A DNA stretch of 24,493 nucleotides from positions 62,001 through 86,493 of the forward strand of contig BCKZ01000009.1 of NCBI GenBank assembly GCA_001600815.1, given 5' to 3'. A program made the translations under genes and the position numbers. Shown in pieces: positions 10,564 to 23,391 of this stretch; the first letter of the stretch is position 1, and every line of letters starts with the position of its first letter. Source of the stretch: Alloascoidea hylecoeti. Its lineage: Eukaryota. The notes under the pieces are model-generated. The model was not told the DNA's origin. It did no database searches and saw only the letters and a list, made by a program, of their open reading frames with translations.

Positions 10564-11632
10564 ATATTAGGAATAAATAAGTTTTTGAAAGTAGTATTAA
10601 TTAGATCTAATAAATCTCATAATTCTGATGATATAGAAATATAAGTGTATTCTTGTAAATGTTGTTATCGCGCGAGCGTTTTTCTACGATGTAGCCCATC
10701 TAGCTCATCAATACAAATCTTAAAATAAAACTTAAAGCATTCTAAGAACACCTAGAAACCATATTGATATAACCTCTATCTTTGTACAATAATCTAATAC
10801 TTTTGAAATCCAAGCGCTGGGGTGAATAATGAAAATTGACGAGAAATATAAATTTGTTTGATTGACCACAAAACGCTAAAACAGTTGAAACTCAAAAGTT
10901 TTCCTCTTTTTAGCACCACCAATTTATCACCCGTAATCTCAAATGGAAAGTACAAGAACAGTAAATAATAAGAGTAGTATACCCTCCTGTTAATTATTAA
11001 GAGGCAAAAGACGAAACAAGCGGGTGCAATGTCGTGAGATCGTAAGATGGACGGGGTATAATCGTACTTCTACGTACTTATAAAGACGTAGAATATTTTA
11101 TTTACCTATAAACTTCCATATTAAACCTACTACTAATAATAAATACCTTTTGATTAAAGAACTTTTGAATGGAAAGTGGATAATTTTGGAGTGTTATAAT
11201 AGAGAGAAAGGAAGATAACTTCAAAGAGCAGAATGAGGCCGTGAGTGTAAAGAGAATATGAAGCTAATTGATTATGTGGTATAGGAAAGCTGTCAAAATA
11301 ATTGATATCTCAAAATTTCAAGCTTGCTTCCAATGCAGATTATCACGAGAAGAATCTCATTAAAACCAAAAGTTTCCTCTATTCTTCAAGAGAAGCAGCT
11401 CTCTTTATTTCCTAGATTATTGATTTTGTGTGTAAATAGTTGTGTCTCTAGACTATCGTGTTTTCATGGGTTGGTATAAAAGTTGGTTATGGAGCGTTTC
11501 GGCAAGGAACCATAGAACGGCAAGAGAACAAGAAAATAGTAACAAATTCCACCATGTATTGCATATGATAATAGAGCTCTCATTAAAGAGGTTGTTAAGC
11601 AAAATATGAATTTTCATTAGGTTATAAATGTT

Positions 11633-12895
11633 TTAAGTATTTTTTCCTTGGCTAAAATCATAAATTGAAACATCACCAGAATTTGTTAAAAAAGCTAGCC
11701 TTTTCGAATCAGCTTCGATTGGTGAAGAACTCATATATATACTTTCATTTAAATTATCTAAATCTTTAAATGCTTTAAATAATTGTAGGTCATTTAAGTT
11801 CCATATGCTAATTAAATCATATTGGAGTTGAGTCGAAATGAGTTTATTATTATGTATACATAAACTGTCGGCATATGAACCTGATAAAATAATCGTTTCA
11901 TGTGTTTGTAAATTCAGAGCCTTTATTTTGTGATCGTCACTAACAAATAAGTATTGATCATTTACCGCCAAGCAATTCACTCCATAAAATGGAAAATAGC
12001 CCATACTTTGACCTGTTTCAATATTACAGGATATAATTCCTCCATATTCTCCAAGAAACATACCATATATGATACCATTATGAATACAAAATTGATCAGC
12101 CCAGTTTTCTTTTATACGGTGTTGTAAATTAAGCTCATATCCCCAATTATCAAGACTTAATTTCCAAACCTCAATATTTCTACCACAAAATGCAATATAA
12201 TCATTGTATAGAGCGACTCTACTATCAACACCACCTTCTGGATATATGAACAGACACTCTATTGGGTCAAAATTTGGTACGTCCCAAATAATAAAAGAAC
12301 CATCTAATGAGCAAGAAACCAAATATTTATCATTAATATCCAAGGCTATAACGTCTCTTAAATGAGTCATGTCAACCATCTCAGTTGTTAACTCCTGAAA
12401 TTCAGATTCTGATAAATATGACTCTGAATGCTCAGGGTTAGGTTTCCCTAATACTCTCAAACATTTATAAGTTTTATTATCCCAAATTTTTATCGTGCAA
12501 TCTTCTGAACCTGTTATAATCCAGTCTTGGAAAAATTTAACACAACATGTATCGACATCATCACCATCTAATATATACTCTGTAAATTTATCATTTTTCC
12601 AATTTTGTTCTAAAAGAGAACTTTCCAAGAGATAACGTTCCTTAAATAATTCATACCATGAGTCAGGTGGGGAATTATCATTAGAGTAGTTTTCCCAGGA
12701 TTTTTCATCTTGAAACTTTGATTTCCATATATTATCATTTTCAGCCATTTGTTTCCATGATTTAGATACTCTGCTGCAATTAAGTAAAGTTTTCGGCGAC
12801 AAATCCAAGAAGATTATTTCATATATTTCATAAGGGAGGTCAGAAACAATATCGATTGTGAAATGAAGATTCTTAAGTAAGGAGTCCAAGGACAT
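11633..12895 (-). CDS. F-box/WD40-repeat protein, paralogue B (420 aa, open frame), putative SCF substrate receptor
   Basis: N-terminal F-box (SDLPYEIYEIIFLDLSPKTLLNCSRVSKSWK), helical linker WYELFKERYLLE..NW, WD40 repeats WIITGSEDCTIKIWD and YLVSCSLDGSFIIWD followed by degenerate blades. Confidence 0.92.
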   Translation of the reverse strand: MSLDSLLKNLHFTIDIVSDLPYEIYEIIFLDLSPKTLLNCSRVSKSWKQMAENDNIWKSKFQDEKSWENYSNDNSPPDSWYELFKERYLLESSLLEQNWKNDKFTEYILDGDDVDTCCVKFFQDWIITGSEDCTIKIWDNKTYKCLRVLGKPNPEHSESYLSESEFQELTTEMVDMTHLRDVIALDINDKYLVSCSLDGSFIIWDVPNFDPIECLFIYPEGGVDSRVALYNDYIAFCGRNIEVWKLSLDNWGYELNLQHRIKENWADQFCIHNGIIYGMFLGEYGGIISCNIETGQSMGYFPFYGVNCLAVNDQYLFVSDDHKIKALNLQTHETIILSGSYADSLCIHNNKLISTQLQYDLISIWNLNDLQLFKAFKDLDNLNESIYMSSSPIEADSKRLAFLTNSGDVSIYDFSQGKNT

Positions 12896-13301
12896 GCTGC
12901 TATTGTTTAATAATAATAATTACAATAACAAAGGTGAAAGAAAGGGTGACAAGTATGAACTTTATACCCCCTTTTATATAATCCCCAATCTAATCGATCC
13001 ATCTACGTGTTTGTTGGCGATCTACTTAATTTTACAGTAACCACTATCTACAATGAACTTCAAGTTGCTCCCTCGGTCAACTTGGTTTAAACTGTCTCCA
13101 CCTCACACACATGCATAACTAGTTAAATATATATATATATCAATTTGACCAATTTGAGTGACGCTGAATGATATTTGGTGGCCTAGACATTGTGATATAA
13201 ATATTACGCGCTTTGAGATTACCCACAAATATGTAGATTCTTACACCTCGTTTACTAGATGGCACAGAAATATTTATAACCACAATTAAGTAAAAAAAAC
13301 A

Positions 13302-14545
13302 GCTGATATATGGAAATCAAAGTTTAAAGATCAAATATCTTGGGAATACAATAATGGTGATTTGGAAACCGATACTTGGTGTCAATTATACAAAGAACGT
13401 TATCTATTGGAATCTAATTGGAAAAATGATAAGTTTACAAAACATGAATTAAGTCGTCAGAGTCTCGAAACATTTTGTATCAAATCCTATAAACACTGGA
13501 TTATAACAGGTTCAAAAGATTGTACAAAATTTTGGAATAATGAAAATTTTCGTTTAAGAATATTAGGAAAACCTAGCCCCGAGGACTCAGACTTAAATTT
13601 ATCAGAATATGAATTTCAGGAGTTAATGGAAGAGAGTGATGACATGACTCATTTAAGAGATGTTTTAGCCTTGGATATTAATGATAAATATTTGGCTTCT
13701 TGCTCATTAGATGGTTCTTTTATTAGTTGAAACGTACCAGATTTTAACCCAATAGATCGTCTTTTGTTCCTTCTCCTCCTTGAGCTTCACCAATTCTTGC
13801 ATAGTGTCAATTAGTTGTTTAATATAAATCTCTAAGCTCATTGTTGTGTGAGCGATTTAATGTGTTATAGGAAAATTATTTATCTATTCTCAGTTACTTT
13901 TCTAAAATGGATTTTTATCCACTATTTATATATCTAATTTATTTCTAGTCGAAACCTCAAAACGATTCAATCCTTGATTCAACCTTAATATTTCAACTTA
14001 ATAATCTAAACCCAATATCGTCTGATAATACCACAATCGTATCGGTTGATTTACATATAAGAGGCGTTGCTTTATATAATTATTATATTGTATGCTGTAA
14101 TACTGAATATATTGGGGTTTGGAAACCAAGTGTTGATAATTTGAAAAATCAACTAAAAATTAATTTACAACGCCGTATAAAAAAAGAAGGCTTGATTGAT
14201 TGTATTTGCATCCATAATGGTATTATATATCCCGGAATACTGTAAAGGGTCAAATAATCCAATAATTTTCGATTGGTCCTGTAAGTTGTTTTGCGGTAAT
14301 CAATACTTATATATCTTAGTGGTAACCAAACTAACGGTTTGGGGTCTACAAACAAATATAACAAATATTTTATCAGATAGAGGAGCGATCAGTTTATATA
14401 TAAGTAATAAAGTCTTTTTGGTTGATAATGTTTCTACTATCAAGATTTGGAATTTAAATGATCTAAGACTATTTAAAGAATTTAAAAATATATCCATAAA
14501 ACGTAAATTAAAACTATGGCCTACTTCAATTGAAGCTGATTCAAG
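13302..14545 (+). pseudogene. F-box/WD40 paralogue C: F-box deleted, two halves (13302-13770, about 14003-14545) separated by unrelated DNA
   Basis: Begins at DIWKSKFKD and has TGA at 13728-13730 where B has Trp. The second half reads GVALYNYYIVCCNTEYIGVWK...CIHNGIIY and IKIWNLNDLRLFKEFK...IEADS with frameshifts. Confidence 0.88.
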
Positions 14546-14555
14546 CTTCAAATAG

Positions 14556-15058
14556 CTTACTGTATAAAATGCCATTATGAATGCAAACCCAACCCATCCT
14601 TTCAGTTTATATACGATATTGAAATTTAAACTATCGTCGATGTTTCAAATTACCAAAACTTGATTTCCAAACTTCAATAGTAATATCACCATGAAATATA
14701 ATATAATTATTGTATATAACCACTTTATTTAGAGAAATTTCTTGTAATGATAATTGGGTCTCTTGAAATCTCATAGTTTGTTTTCCTAATATTCTTAAAC
14801 ATTGATAAGATTTAATATCCCAAATTTTTATCGTACAATCTCCTGAACCAGTTAAAATCCATTTTTCTAAAAAATTTAACAAAATATTTGGCGGTAGAAT
14901 GCCCATGCATGCTTTGTAAACTTATTGTTTTTCCAATTTGATTCCAATAGATAACGTTCTTTGTATATAATTCATACCATGAATCTGTTTCTGAATAATC
15001 ATTATAGTATTTCCAATACTTTTGATCTTTAAACTTTGATTTACATATATATCATCAC
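14556..15058 (-). pseudogene. F-box/WD40 paralogue D: truncated at both ends and internally deleted
   Basis: KSKFKDQKYWKYYNDYSETDSWYELY, ERYLLESNWK, WILTGSGDCTIKIWD, EVWKSS and CIHNGILYSK, with frameshifts and stops; the second WD repeat is missing. Confidence 0.88.
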
Positions 15059-15433
15059 TAGCTTTTCCCGCCGAGCTTAACAGTTTGTTTTGGACGATTT
15101 AGACATATACAGGAATTCCCGAATTTATACCCTCCAAAATACCTTTTCACGCATAATGTAATTAAAACACACCCAATATTTAATATAAAGCGTGTATCTA
15201 TCGAGAAACAAATTTATTGCCTAAGAAGTAGAAGATAAGGAAAATAAGTGTCGAAACCAAGCATTGGATTCCAAGAACATATTTTCTGGTTTTTCTTTTG
15301 GCAGCACTCAATTAATACGAAGTCTTGAAATGAAGTGTTAGAAAAAATAAAACTGAATTAATTGAGGATATATGTACTGAATGCGGAGGTCTCACCGAAG
15401 AGTTTGCTAAACAAATAATGAATATTCAATAGA

Positions 15434-16681
15434 TTATAAATGTTTTAAATAGTTTTTCCTTAAATTATCAGTAAAATCATAAATAACAACCTCGCCATGG
15501 GGAGCTAAAACAGCTACCCTTTTCGAATCAGAATCAACAGGAGGTTGAAAAGGATTCAAATATATTATTAATTCTTCATCTAGAGTTATTAAACCTTCAA
15601 ATTTTTTAAATAATTTTAGATCATTTAAATTCCAAATCTTAATAATATTAAAATCATAATAAACCGATATGAGTTTATTATTTTTTATAAATAAACTGTT
15701 TACACGATCTCGATCCGATAAAATAATTATTTCATTCGTTTGTAAACCTAAAACTTTTAGTTTGTAATTTTCATTAACAAATAAGTAATGATCATTTACT
15801 ACAAAACAATCCACACCATCAAATCGAAATTCTTGAATTATTTGACCAGTTTCAATATTCCAGGTTTTTATAAATCCAGTGTCTTTACCATATATAATAC
15901 CATTATGTACGTAAATACCACCAATCCACCCTTCTCCTTTTATACGGAGATGTAAATTAAACTTTAGTTGATGTTCCAAATTATCAAGATTAAGACTTGA
16001 TTTCCAAACCCCAATATATTCACCATTACAACATACAATATAATCATTGTATAAAGCGACACCTAATAAATATTTTGGTTCTGGTATTATCAGACGACCT
16101 ATTGCTTTAAAATCTGGTAATTTCCAAATAATACATGAATCATCAAACGAGCCAGAGACCATGTATTTATCATTAATATCCAGTAATATAATCTCACCGA
16201 AATGAGTCATGGCATCACTCTTTTCTTTGAACTCCGACAATTCAATTTGTGAAAATCTGAATTTTTCAAAAAAGTTTAGTGTTCCTAATACTTTTAAACA
16301 TTGATAAGTTTCATTATCCCAAATTTTTATTGTGCAATCGTCTGAACCAGTTATAATCCAGTTTTTAAAAACTTTAACACACGATGTTTGGGCAGAAATA
16401 CCAATTAATTTATGCTTTGTAAACTTATCACTTTTCCAATTTGATTCCAAGAGATAACGTTCTTTGTATAATTCATACCATGAATCGGTTTCTGAATCAT
16501 CATTATAGTACTCCCATGATTTTTGACCTTGAAACTTTGATTTCCAAATGTCATCATTACCAACTATTCGTTTCCATGATTTAGACACTCTTCTACAATT
16601 AAGTAAAGTTTTTGGTGGCAATTCTATGAATATTATTTGAGATATTTCATGAGGGAGATCGGATACGGAATCTAATGTCAT
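15434..16681 (-). CDS. F-box/WD40-repeat protein, paralogue E (415 aa, intact), putative SCF substrate receptor
   Basis: F-box SDLPHEISQIIFIELPPKTLLNCRRVSKSWK; WD40 repeats WIITGSDDCTIKIWD and YMVSGSFDDSCIIWK; ends YLKHL*. Confidence 0.93.
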   Translation of the reverse strand: MTLDSVSDLPHEISQIIFIELPPKTLLNCRRVSKSWKRIVGNDDIWKSKFQGQKSWEYYNDDSETDSWYELYKERYLLESNWKSDKFTKHKLIGISAQTSCVKVFKNWIITGSDDCTIKIWDNETYQCLKVLGTLNFFEKFRFSQIELSEFKEKSDAMTHFGEIILLDINDKYMVSGSFDDSCIIWKLPDFKAIGRLIIPEPKYLLGVALYNDYIVCCNGEYIGVWKSSLNLDNLEHQLKFNLHLRIKGEGWIGGIYVHNGIIYGKDTGFIKTWNIETGQIIQEFRFDGVDCFVVNDHYLFVNENYKLKVLGLQTNEIIILSDRDRVNSLFIKNNKLISVYYDFNIIKIWNLNDLKLFKKFEGLITLDEELIIYLNPFQPPVDSDSKRVAVLAPHGEVVIYDFTDNLRKNYLKHL

Positions 16682-17436
16682 ATTAAGATGTTTGTTTAAG
16701 GAGATATTGCAATTATATAAATGGTACCGTAGCTATATTTGTCATTGTCTCAATAATATTATGGGTTTTTGCAATAAAAAGTGAGAGTTATGATCTTCGT
16801 TATAAATACCTATTTCTGTCCAATCATAGTTAAGATGGCTTTACCACTCCAAAAAGGTCAATTGTATTATTTCTGTAATAGAAATCTGGATACATCTTTA
16901 GGGACTTTCACCTAAATTCATGAAGTCTGAATTGTTTAGTCCTCCAATCAAAGTCGGTACCGTGAAAGCTTCTTAACGAAACGAAAAAAACCGGCTCCAG
17001 AGGCTATACATATGTATACACTCCCAGAAAACAATCACAGTAGTAATTTATATCAGATTATATTAAGGACAAATAGAACTATTTATACAAGAATGATATG
17101 CATGTTCAGATCACTTTCAATTGGTATTTCAAGAAAAAAAGTTGACGTTAATAACAATTTAAATATAAATGTGAATTTTTTTTGGTGTTAAGTCTATATA
17201 AGGTTATTTAAATGGTCCATGAGAGAAATAAATCAGCTAAAACAAGAGGTAGTGTTCCATCATTGGAAGAAAAGCTGATACTGGTGTTGCCGTTAATTTT
17301 GTCATACTGTACATCATTAATTTTGCAATCGTGTGCTTAGGATAGTTGTAACTGATATATTATATATCTACTACAAAGTAACAATTGTTCATTAATGCTG
17401 TTTCTATTCTGATATCTCGATTAATAATAATTAAAT

Positions 17437-17449
17437 TTATAGATATAAA

Positions 17450-17487
<38 letters not shown>

Positions 17488-17781
17488 ATTTTTATTAATT
17501 GACCATTTTAAACATTCTTCAACACCTCTTAAATCATCAAATTCTAGATTTAGAAAAATTTTTCCATCATCAAAATCTCCATTTCCATTTCCATTTCCAT
17601 TTTCAAAATCATTTTGATTAGCAATATGATTATGATATTGAATACCTTTAATTTCAAATTTAAAAGTATTTGATAATTCAATTAATGATAATAAAATATT
17701 AAATTTAATATTAAATTTTTTAAAAAATATAAAAATTTTAAATTTTGGAATTATTAAAAATCTTGATTTTATTGGATCTTT

Positions 17782-17843
<62 letters not shown>

Positions 17844-19608
17844 CACTATTATTATTATTTTTAAAAAAATCTTTATCAAAATCATCATCAATTGTATTTT
17901 GTTGTTTATGTTTATGATTACATTTATCTAAATTATTAAAACTTTCAATTATTATATCATCTTTATTAAAACCAATTATTAAATCATCATAAATTAATCT
18001 TTTTAATGATTTTGAAATATAATTAAATTTAATATATTGTATAAAAGGTCTTAAAATAAAAGCACACTCTTTCTTATTTGTAATTGTGGATGATGATAAT
18101 GATTGAGAATTTAATGGTTTAGGTGGATTTGTTTTCTTTAAACGATTTGATTCATGGGATGATAATAATAATAAATGAAATAATAAGTTAATTAAATCAG
18201 CTCTATTAACATTTTTTTTATTATTTTTATTATCATTGTTATTGTTATTTTTTTGAGTATTTGATGTTGATGTTGAAATTTTAATTTTTGATAATTGATT
18301 TTTAATACCAGCATCAGAACCTAAATCAGATTCAGTTTGAGAATCCAATTCAATATTAATATTATTATTATTATTTAATTCTAATGAAGTCGAAGATTCT
18401 ATTGATTCAACAAATTCAATTTCTAAAACTTCATCAAATAAATCAATTATTATTTTTTCAGAATTTATAATAATTTTTAAATTTGATAATAATAATTTTG
18501 ATTCTTTTAATAATTCATGATATAATTCTTCTTCAAATAATATATTTCTTTGTCTTTCTATAATATCACCAATATCATATTCATCTTCTTTATTATCATT
18601 TGAATTTATTGTTGTTGTTGTTGTTGTTGTTCTTGTTCCTGATGATGTAGATGAAATTTTATGTATTGGACCTAATATTTTATCAGCATTTATATTAGAT
18701 TCACAAGATTTTATTAATTCTCCATTAAATCTTGTAAAAATTGAAACTTTAACTACTTTTGCAGATGTTTGATTTTGATTTTGATTTGAATTATTATTAC
18801 TTTCATTATTATTATTATTATTATTATTTGGTTTAAAAATAATTGAACCAGTTTCAGTTCTATGTAAAATTGCAATTCCTTTATTTATATAATTAGAACC
18901 AGAATCTCCAAAACCATATTTTATACCAATTAAATTTGATTTTTTATTTGAATTAGAAGTTGATGAATTAAATTTAAATAATACTTCATTTTTAATTGTT
19001 GAAATTTTATAAATATAATCCCAATAAATTTTTTCTTTTTTAATTTCATTTAATAACCTAATACTTGAATCTTTTAAAATTGAAGCAGATTTTTCTAAAG
19101 ATTGTAATTTTAAGCCAAGACCGACACTTGGGTCATCATCAGCTACAGGTATAGGTTGTATTCTGTCAGTTGTTAAAGAAGCAATTGGGACATTCATTTT
19201 TAAATGAGGTGACATTGATGATCCACCCACAGTTGGACGAGCAGCGGATATTAATAAAGATATGTAATCTAGTGATAGTGATGATTCATTTTGAGCAGAT
19301 TGGATTGCTTTTAAAAGATTTGATCTTTTTTTATTATATTGTTCTTGTTCAGTACCGTCTTCATTTTCATTTTCATTTTCATTAGAATTGGTTTGGTTGT
19401 TTTGTAGTGAGGTTTCTATTTGGACATTTTCATTTTCGTTTGAGTTGTTGATAGTTTCGATTTCGTTACGCAACGATTCCTCGGTCAGATTCGTGAACGA
19501 GCCTCTTTCAGCTATGATGCGCGGTATTATGAGATTAAGAGGGATGTCAGCTTCAGAGACATCGTCGGACTTCCCCAACAACTCCAAAGACAGCTGAATC
19601 TCTCTCAT
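17437..19608 (-). CDS. SRB4: Mediator of RNA polymerase II transcription subunit 17 (723 aa, with Asn/Thr-rich insertions)
   Basis: IPRIIAERGSFTNLTEESLRNEI, AQNESSLSLDYISLLIS, SMSPHLK..VP..SL, EIKKEKIYW, IKYGFGDSGS and RNILFEEELYHEL..E are characteristic Med17 blocks. Confidence 0.92.
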
Positions 19609-19740
19609 TACGCTGGAGGTGGTGGAGGTGGTGGAGGTGGTGGAGATGGCGACGGAGGAGTGTGCGGTTAGTTACACATGTGCTGAGATATACCGCTATA
19701 AAGCCGAGGATCACACTGAGACTCTGCACTGCACTACACC
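19609..19740. promoter_or_regulatory. 132-bp bidirectional promoter between MED17 and the cation exchanger
   Basis: Divergent ATGs at 19608 (-) and 19741 (+); contains TATAAA near 19697-19702 and a GGAGGTGGT repeat. Confidence 0.65.
19614..19660 (+). repeat. (TGGAGGTGG)x3 plus degenerate units, G-rich microsatellite
   Basis: tggaggtggtggaggtggtggaggtggtggagatggcgacggaggag read directly. Confidence 0.9.
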
Positions 19741-22146
<2,406 letters not shown>

Positions 22147-23014
22147 AGAATTTATAAAGGAAATAAAAAAAAAATTGGAAATAAAAAAAATTGGAAAATT
22201 GTTAATGATATAAAATATAAGTATATACACCAAGTATTGTAAATACATTGTTAACGAAATCTGTTCATTCACTGTTAAATCTGTAATATAACATCTTTAA
22301 AATAATTAATATTTCTTTAATAAAAAATCTTCAAACTCCAAGTTTAGGACATTCAAGAGTTCTTCAATTTTGGTTAAGTTAGTGATTATTGTGTCTTTGA
22401 TCCTTCAAACATTACTGATATCGATAGAGATTGTATAAGATGAATTATCTATAGGATTTCCTAGGACGCTCATATGGTCTTAATGCCGACGTAATGGGTA
22501 TTGGTCTATCATTGCAATTGGACCTATTCTTTCAACCTGACTAACCTCTCTTGGATTTCTTAATTTCTTGATTTCATTTGACTGTTAAATATATCCACAA
22601 CATTTTAAGCTGAAACAACAGAGAGGATTAAGTTAAGAAATAAACTCGGTTACGCTTTTATAAAGGGGAGCATCTATTAATATTCTTATTTCATAGGCAA
22701 AACAATTCTGTAATTACAAAGTTTCTGGGATTAACTGGTTTTCCATTTTTGAACATTCAAACCTAATATTCAAACGTAATAACCTTGCAATTAGTTATCC
22801 TAAAAATCATTTTTGTAATTGCTCTCTCAAGAGGAATAACAATATCACTTTATCACATTGGTGACCATGCCCAGTTGAAAAGCTTAGAATATTAAAACTT
22901 GTGAATCATAATGGTATTATTTAATAATATAAGAAGATTCTTAATTAGGTTTAAATTGATAATAATTATAAGAAAATAGTGTAAACACTTAGTCGTGAAT
23001 GTATAGTGTCTAAC

Positions 23015-23330
23015 AGACCTGAAATGAAATATTTCATCATTCTTTTCGGTCAGTTTCAATAAATAATTTGTTCTTACTGACATACTCATTGGAAGATTAT
23101 GGTTTGGTTTTCCTAATACCCTTAAACATTGATAAGTTTCATTATCCCAAATTCTTATTGTACAATCTTCTGAACCACTTATAATCCAATTTTTAAAACA
23201 TTCAGCACAGCGTGTTAGGACAGAATGGCATATCTATGCTTTGTAAATTTATCATTCTTCCAATTTGATTCTAAATGGTAACGTTCTTTGTATAACTCAT
23301 ACCATGAATCAGTTTCGCCATTATCATTAT
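23015..23330 (-). pseudogene. F-box/WD40 paralogue F fragment (linker and first WD repeat)
   Basis: NDNGETDSWYELYKERYHLESNWKNDKFTKH, a frameshift, then CAECFKNWIISGSEDCTIRIWDNETYQCLRVLGKPN...EKNDEIFHFRSV. Confidence 0.88.
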
Positions 23331-23391
23331 TGTCTTTCAATATTCTATTTTTTAATTGTTCTTCTATTTCTTCTTTTTTTTTTCCTTTAAC

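Noticed and set aside
13863..14000. TGTTATAGG... as a solo LTR inside paralogue C
   Set aside because: No matching CA terminus or target-site duplication; left as an unidentified insert
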